64,000 nt of DNA from Candidatus Binataceae bacterium (GTDB lineage: Bacteria > Desulfobacterota > Binatia > Binatales > Binataceae). The DNA lies in assembly GCA_963803045.1 (NCBI GenBank), contig CAWDLC010000019.1, forward strand, positions 17,542 through 81,541, given 5' to 3'. The notes below the pieces were generated by a model. It searched no databases. It was not told the DNA's origin and was given only the letters and a program-made list of their open reading frames with translations. The translations under genes and the position numbers were made by a program. How positions within the stretch are numbered: position 1 is the first letter of the stretch; every line of letters starts with the position of its first letter. This document shows, piece by piece, positions 59,029-64,000 of this stretch.

Positions 59029-60096
59029 CTAATTCCTCGGAGTTGAATCGAGTCCGTAGCGTTTGCGCCTGCGCCACAGCGTCGAGACATTGATGCCCAG
59101 CTTGTTGGCGGCGCTTTCGAGCGTTGGGCTTTCCGCGATGACGCGCATGATATGTTCGCGCTCGATGTCGTCGAGGCTCGCCGACGGGGTAGTGGTCGAG
59201 GGCGGCTGAGAATCATCGTTACAAAGCACGTCTGGCAGATACTCAGGCGTCACCACGTCGCTCAGGCACAGAACGACCGCGCGCTCGATGACATTACGCA
59301 ACTCACGGATATTTCCTGGCCATCGATAGCGCACGAGGGCGGATGATGCCTCTGGAGAAAGACGGAGAGCCGGACGATGGTTACGGGCGGCGGCGCCGGC
59401 AAGCATTCGCATCGCCAAGGGCAGAACATCGGCTGGATGCTCGCGCAACGCGGGAACCTGCAAAGTGATCACGCCAAGTCGATAGTAGAGGTCCTCGCGG
59501 AATCGTCGCGTCGCAACTTCCGAAGCCAGGTCGTGGTTCGATGCAGCGATGATTCGGGTGTCGACCGTAATCGTGTTTTCACTTCCCATCCTTTCGAAAC
59601 TCTGTTCCTTGATGAAGTGCAAGAGTTTGGTCTGAAGGGGTCCGGTCAGATCTGAAATTTCATCGAGGAGGATGGATCCGCCGTGCGCGGCTTCGAGGAG
59701 TCCGGGCTTATCCTTGATTGCGCCCTCAAAGGCACCGCGTACATGACCGAACAACTCGCTCTCAAGAAGATGCTCGGAATGGCTGGTACTGTGGACGGTC
59801 ACGAACGGACATTCGGCGCGACGGCTCCATCGATGGATCTGATGCGCAAGAACGTCCTTGCCGGTACCGCTCTCGCCGGTAAGAAGAATCGTTGCGTCGC
59901 TGAAGGCTGCGCGCTTCGCCTTCTCCAGCAGTCGTTGCATCACCGGGTCGTTCGATTCGAGCAGTGGGGCGAAATCGCCAGCGGTAGCGGCATCGGACGA
60001 TAAGGATCTTCGCGTGCTTCGTCCACCGTCGGCCCCTTGTCCTAAGTCAGTTCCCGCGTTCAAACCCGACAACGTCGATTCTGAAACCCGCGCCAC
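59029..60096 (-). CDS. sigma54-activator-like AAA+ regulator with Fis-type HTH, no receiver domain, GAFEGA variant loop
   Basis: It has Walker A (LLTGESGTGKDV), ESELFGHVRGAFEGA (canonical is GAFTGA), Walker B (ILLDEISDL), FREDLYYRL and WPGNIRELRNVIERAVV. The C-terminal HTH is SAANKLGINVSTLWRRRKRYGL. Only about 50 aa precede the AAA+ core. Confidence 0.8.
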   Translation of the reverse strand: MARVSESTLSGLNAGTDLGQGADGGRSTRRSLSSDAATAGDFAPLLESNDPVMQRLLEKAKRAAFSDATILLTGESGTGKDVLAHQIHRWSRRAECPFVTVHSTSHSEHLLESELFGHVRGAFEGAIKDKPGLLEAAHGGSILLDEISDLTGPLQTKLLHFIKEQSFERMGSENTITVDTRIIAASNHDLASEVATRRFREDLYYRLGVITLQVPALREHPADVLPLAMRMLAGAAARNHRPALRLSPEASSALVRYRWPGNIRELRNVIERAVVLCLSDVVTPEYLPDVLCNDDSQPPSTTTPSASLDDIEREHIMRVIAESPTLESAANKLGINVSTLWRRRKRYGLDSTPRN

Positions 60097-60226
60097 GGAT
60101 CAACAGGCCGGAATAAACGGTGCGCCCAAATGGGCCAATCGTAGATTGCTCGTTGTTGAATTCTCGGCGCGTGATGCAGCCATTCGACTGCGACATCAGG
60201 AAATCAGAACAACAAGTCCCGATCCG

Positions 60227-60841
60227 TTATGATGCGGCAGCCCGCGGGTACCCCCCCTTTTCCCGTCTTCCGCGAGTGGGAATCCCAAGAGCATGAAGAA
60301 GTTTCGAGAAAATACTGAAAACCGTAATGGTGTTGTGTGGTTCAGGCGCCAGAAACTCAATATTAGGAAATGCGGGGCAGGGTCCCTTATGAAATGTCAG
60401 CGCGCGTTTCGTGTTCTCGGGTTCGGGTAAATGCCTGCCCAATCCGTCCAGCGCAATGATTGAGCCGCGCGAATCATTGATGCGAAAAATCCATCTGCAG
60501 CGAACGCAAGTATATAGATACGGCTGGGGGCGGAAGGACCCGGGTTTCTCAAGGGCCTCGACCGCGAAGTAGTGCCGCATTTCCTCCGCGGTGAAGGCCA
60601 TCTTCCGCCTCGCGCGTCCGCCGGCTTCCTGCGTCGCGGAGGATAGCACGCTTCCACCGACGGGGTTCTCCTGGGTGGCATAGGGATCGAATGGGTGCAC
60701 TTGCATAAATGAGATCTCATCCACCTTCGCGCCTAGGAAAGCAGTCAAAAGGCGAGGCTGAATTTGTCGAATCGACTTCATAAGGCTTTGTCGACCGCGA
60801 CGACGCTTCGCGCGCTCAAAATGTAGAGCAGCAAGTCTCAC
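60227..60841 (-). CDS. hypothetical protein
   Basis: A 204-aa ORF. The likely start is a later Met (MKSIRQIQ..., 60781). It contains YTCVRCRWIFRINDSRG...HKGPCPAF. I do not recognise a family. Confidence 0.35.
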   Translation of the reverse strand: MRLAALHFERAKRRRGRQSLMKSIRQIQPRLLTAFLGAKVDEISFMQVHPFDPYATQENPVGGSVLSSATQEAGGRARRKMAFTAEEMRHYFAVEALEKPGSFRPQPYLYTCVRCRWIFRINDSRGSIIALDGLGRHLPEPENTKRALTFHKGPCPAFPNIEFLAPEPHNTITVFSIFSKLLHALGIPTRGRREKGGYPRAAAS

Positions 60842-61141
60842 GCCAGCGGCGGCCTGGCGCCAGTCAATCGGAAGGATTCGCCCTCACGAAACGAAAAATC
60901 ATTGGCCAATGGAGAAGAAACGGCTTCAAATGTGCCCCAGGCGCGGTGATCTCAGTTTCTTGGTTACCCAGGAAACAGACCTAAGAGGCTTTCAACAATG
61001 CAAAGTGAATTGTCGCGTAATTTCATTCTGAACGATGGGGTTATCTACCTGTTCGTAGCGCTGATTCGCCCGGAGTGGTTCTAAGCACCGCGACAGTAAT
61101 AGCCAACGAGAATAGCCAAAATAGCCAGCGGGTAAAATTCA

Positions 61142-62959
61142 ATGTGGCTTCTTCCCATATCGTTGATGGTTTTCACCACGATCCTCGCAATACCGATGAG
61201 TCGGTATATGGCCTGAATCATGGACGGCAAATACAACCCGCCCGCCTTTCTGCGCTGGTTTGAAAAGCGCCTGGACAGCGGCGGGCAGAACTGGAAGCAG
61301 TATGCGGCCGCGCTGCTGATCTTCAACACCGCCATGTTCATTTACAGCTACATCGTGCTGGCGGTGCAGCCGATCGCACCGCTTAATCCGCGTGGCTTGG
61401 GGATATTGGCTCCGACGGCCATCTTCAACAGCGTCGCGTCGTTCATAACGAACACCAACATCCAGCACTATTCGGGTGATCAACACCTGTCCAACTGGAG
61501 CCAAATCTTCTTCGTTATCTTCAACCAATTCGTTTCGGCCGCGGTCGGACTGTGCGCCTTAACCGCGATTATTCGATGTTTCCGGGCGGAGAAGCACGTC
61601 GGCAATTTCTTTGTCGATATGTGGCGGGTGATCATTTACATGTTCATTCCGGTTTGCCTGGTACTTGGAATCCTGTTCATGCAGCAGGGGATGCCAATGA
61701 CCTTCGCAAGCACCCAGCAGGTTTCGACCCTGGAACCGGCGGCGATGGGCATCGCCGACAACGGTCAGCCCAAGCAACAGACCCTGGTGGTGGGTCCGGT
61801 GGCTTCAGTCATTCCGATCAAGATGTTCGGCACCAATGGTGGCGGGTTCTACGGTATGAACTCGGCAGTCCCGTTCGAAAACCCCAGCGCTTGGACCAAT
61901 TTTCTGACCTGCTTCGCCATGATGTTTTTCCCGTTTTCCCTGGTGCTGATGTATGGCCGGATGCTGAATCGCAAACGCCATGCCTGGGTGATCTTTTCGG
62001 TCATGTTCGTGTTGATGGCCAGTACCATTATATGGGCGATCTACTACGACACCTTGAAACCCAATCCTGGTCTGACCGCCCATCCTACAAGTCAGACGTT
62101 TGAAATACCAAGTGTAACCGCCCCGGGTGGGAAACTGCCCGTGACGATTCCAACGGTCGCCGGGCTTCCAGTCGATCAGCACCTCGGCAACCTGGAGGGC
62201 AAGGAGTTGCGTTTCGGGACCTCTGCCGGCGCGACGTTCGCGGCAGTCACCGTGGACGTGACCTGCGGCGCGGTCAACTGCGAGCACGATAGCTTGAATC
62301 CGATAGCGGCTTTGTCGCCGATGTGGGGGATGTGGGTCAACTGCATATATGGCGGCAAGGGCGTGGGCATGATCAATCTGCTTCTGTTCCTGATCATCGG
62401 GATCTTCTTGGCCGGCCAGATGGTGGGACGCACGCCCGAGTACCTGGGCAAGAAAATCGGCGCGAGAGAGATGAAGCTCGCGGTAATCGCCCTGCTGGTC
62501 CATCCCTTCATGATTTTGGGGCCAACGGGCCTTTTTGCGGCCACCGACTGGGGGATCAAGGCGGAAAGCAACCCCGGGGCACATGGCTTTTCTCAAATCA
62601 TGTACCAGTTCTCATCCTCTTCCGCGAACAACGGCTCGGCCTTCGATGGACTGGGAGTAACCTATGGCTTCAACAACAATCCGAGTCCCGCTCCAGAAGC
62701 CCGGCAGTGGGATATAGCATCCGGTCTGGTGATGCTCTTCAGCCGGTATTTGCCGATAGTCGCTCCAATGGCGATGGCGGCGGCGCTGGGATACAAAAAG
62801 GAAACACCCTTCGGCCTCGGAACACTGCGGGACAATACGTTTACTTTCGGCTGCCTTCTGTTCGGCACGATCGTGGTCATCGGCGCCCTGATGTTTCTCC
62901 CGGTGGCCGCGCTTGGCCCCTTGGCCGAGCACTTTGGCCCGATTCCTTTCGGCGGCTGA
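61142..62959 (+). CDS. kdpA: potassium-transporting ATPase subunit KdpA, interrupted by an in-frame TGA at 61214-61216
   Basis: ORF 61220..62959 (NWKQYAAALLIFN...TNTNIQHYSGD...GTNGGGFYGMNSAVPFENP...) lacks TM1. TM1 (MWLLPISLMVFTTILAIPMSRYMA) lies in the same frame upstream, separated by one TGA at the position where KdpA proteins usually read ...PLGxYMARV.... Confidence 0.85.
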
Positions 62960-62992
62960 ACGAAGACTATTTCTCCTGTCGAGGAAACTTAG

Positions 62993-64000
62993 ATGAACAC
63001 GCTAGATGTTGCACTCTCGGCGCCACAAATCCCACCGACAACGCCGGGAATGTCTCCGCCGCCTCGCCGCTCCAGACGCGTGGCTCTATTTGCGCCTGAG
63101 TTGGTTCGAGTCGCGCTCACGCAAGCATTCATAATGTTGCGGCCCGACATCCAATGGGCCAACCCCGTGATGTTTGTCGTCGAAGTGGGTGCCGTCCTGA
63201 CGCTTCTGTTCGTAATCGCGGCGGCGATGGGACAGTCGGCCAGCCAGGTTCCAATCACCTACTTCATCGCATTGGATGTATGGCTATTTCTGACAGTACT
63301 GTTTGCCAATTTCGCGACTGCCCTGGCTGAGGCTCGTGGCAAGGCGCAAGCCGATTCACTCCGAAGGGCACGACGCGACACCCCGGCGTATCGCCTGCGC
63401 GGCAAAGATACTATCGAAGAGGTTCCATCGAACGAATTGAGGCCGGACGATCGGGTTGTAGTTCAGGCGGGCCAGATGATTCCCGGTGACGGAGAGATCA
63501 TCGAAGGCATCGCGTCTGTCGACGAAGCAGCTATCACCGGAGAGTCCGCACCGGTGATTCGCGAAGCAGGCGGTGACCGCTCCGGTGTCACTGGCGGCAC
63601 CCGGGTTCTTTCAGATCGCATCGTGGTGCGAATCACGGCCGCCACTGGGGAATCTTTTCTCGATCGAATGATCGCCCTGGTTGAAGGCGCGGTGCGTCAG
63701 CGCACGCCCAACGAGATCGCGCTTACGTTGGTGCTGTCGGCCTTCACCCTCATCTTCCTGATAGTGGTAGTGCCCCTGTGGTGGATGGCCTATAACGCCG
63801 AACTGTACATGACCGCCTTTCTCGGACTCAGTCAGCCACTGCACAGCTTGGGGACGGACGCGCCGACCCTGGTGGCGCTGCTGGTCTGCCTGATTCCTAC
63901 GACGATCGGAGCCTTGCTTGCCGCTATCGGCATCGCCGGCATGGACCGCGCGCTCCAGGCCAATATCATCGCTAAGAGCGGCAGAGCGGTTGAGACCGCC
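62993..64000 (+). CDS. kdpB: potassium-transporting ATPase subunit KdpB (P-type ATPase), 3'-partial
   Basis: Not in the ORF track because it has no stop in the window. ATG 62993 follows GAGGAA. My translation is MNTLDVALSAP...FANFATALAEARGKAQADSLR...VVVQAGQMIPGDGEIIEGIASVDEAAITGESAPVIREAGGDRSGVTGGT...LLVCLIPTTIGALL.... Confidence 0.85.
   Translation, partial: MNTLDVALSAPQIPPTTPGMSPPPRRSRRVALFAPELVRVALTQAFIMLRPDIQWANPVMFVVEVGAVLTLLFVIAAAMGQSASQVPITYFIALDVWLFLTVLFANFATALAEARGKAQADSLRRARRDTPAYRLRGKDTIEEVPSNELRPDDRVVVQAGQMIPGDGEIIEGIASVDEAAITGESAPVIREAGGDRSGVTGGTRVLSDRIVVRITAATGESFLDRMIALVEGAVRQRTPNEIALTLVLSAFTLIFLIVVVPLWWMAYNAELYMTAFLGLSQPLHSLGTDAPTLVALLVCLIPTTIGALLAAIGIAGMDRALQANIIAKSGRAVETA

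Noticed and set aside
60842-61141. A c-di-AMP (ydaO-type) riboswitch or other leader RNA upstream of kdpA.
   Set aside because: I could not find the paired GGGGACCCA / GGGGTGAATCC-like conserved blocks or a convincing pseudo-twofold architecture. A covariance-model scan would be needed to be certain.
61142-61216. Reading the 24-codon ORF before kdpA as a separate kdpF gene.
   Set aside because: Its end (AIPMSRYMA) aligns with the conserved PLGxYMA segment of KdpA TM1, and it is in the same frame as kdpA. A KdpA starting at 61220 would lack TM1.
61214-61216. TGA reassigned as a sense codon (genetic code 4 or 25).
   Set aside because: Many well-defined genes in the window end at TGA at the expected protein C-terminus (rplX, rplN, lptF, vapB-type overlaps, the ArsR gene). 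Standard code 11 fits.

Overview
High-GC bacterial window from a Gram-negative-type organism (LptF/LptG present); I cannot place the lineage. The core (about 9.3-35 kb, minus strand) is the conserved translation/transcription supercluster. In transcription order it runs tRNA-Thr/Tyr/Gly/Thr, rpmG, tRNA-Trp, secE, nusG, rplKAJL, rpoB, rpoC, rpsL, rpsG, fusA, tuf, then the S10 and spc ribosomal operons down to rpsE. Left of it (1-9.3 kb) is an accessory stretch: Fe-ADH, a secreted peptidase-like gene, VapBC, an SRPBCC/ArsR pair, an alpha/beta hydrolase, MazEF, and a visibly lower-GC three-gene operon that I read as an ABC-three-component (ABC-3C) conflict system. Right of the core are TetR/STAS/FtsX genes, rlmB, lptFG, moaA, a TPR protein, DUF971, a GH88/105-like hydrolase and an acyl-CoA catabolic cluster (44.7-54 kb). 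After that comes a patchier-GC segment: a hypothetical gene, an HTH-EIIA fusion, two USPs, HAD, nudC, a sigma54-activator-like gene, a second hypothetical gene and kdpAB. Three things stand out. (1) The ABC-3C-like operon. (2) Two abrupt breakpoints that truncate conserved genes: rpsE at about 9340, with the rest of the spc operon missing, and an acyl-CoA dehydrogenase at about 53993. (3) About 30 single-base frame changes, many inside essential genes (rpoB, rpoC, fusA, tuf, rplC/E/N), usually at short homopolymers, which points to assembly indel errors rather than real pseudogenes. All family assignments come from reading the translations. No searches were run.
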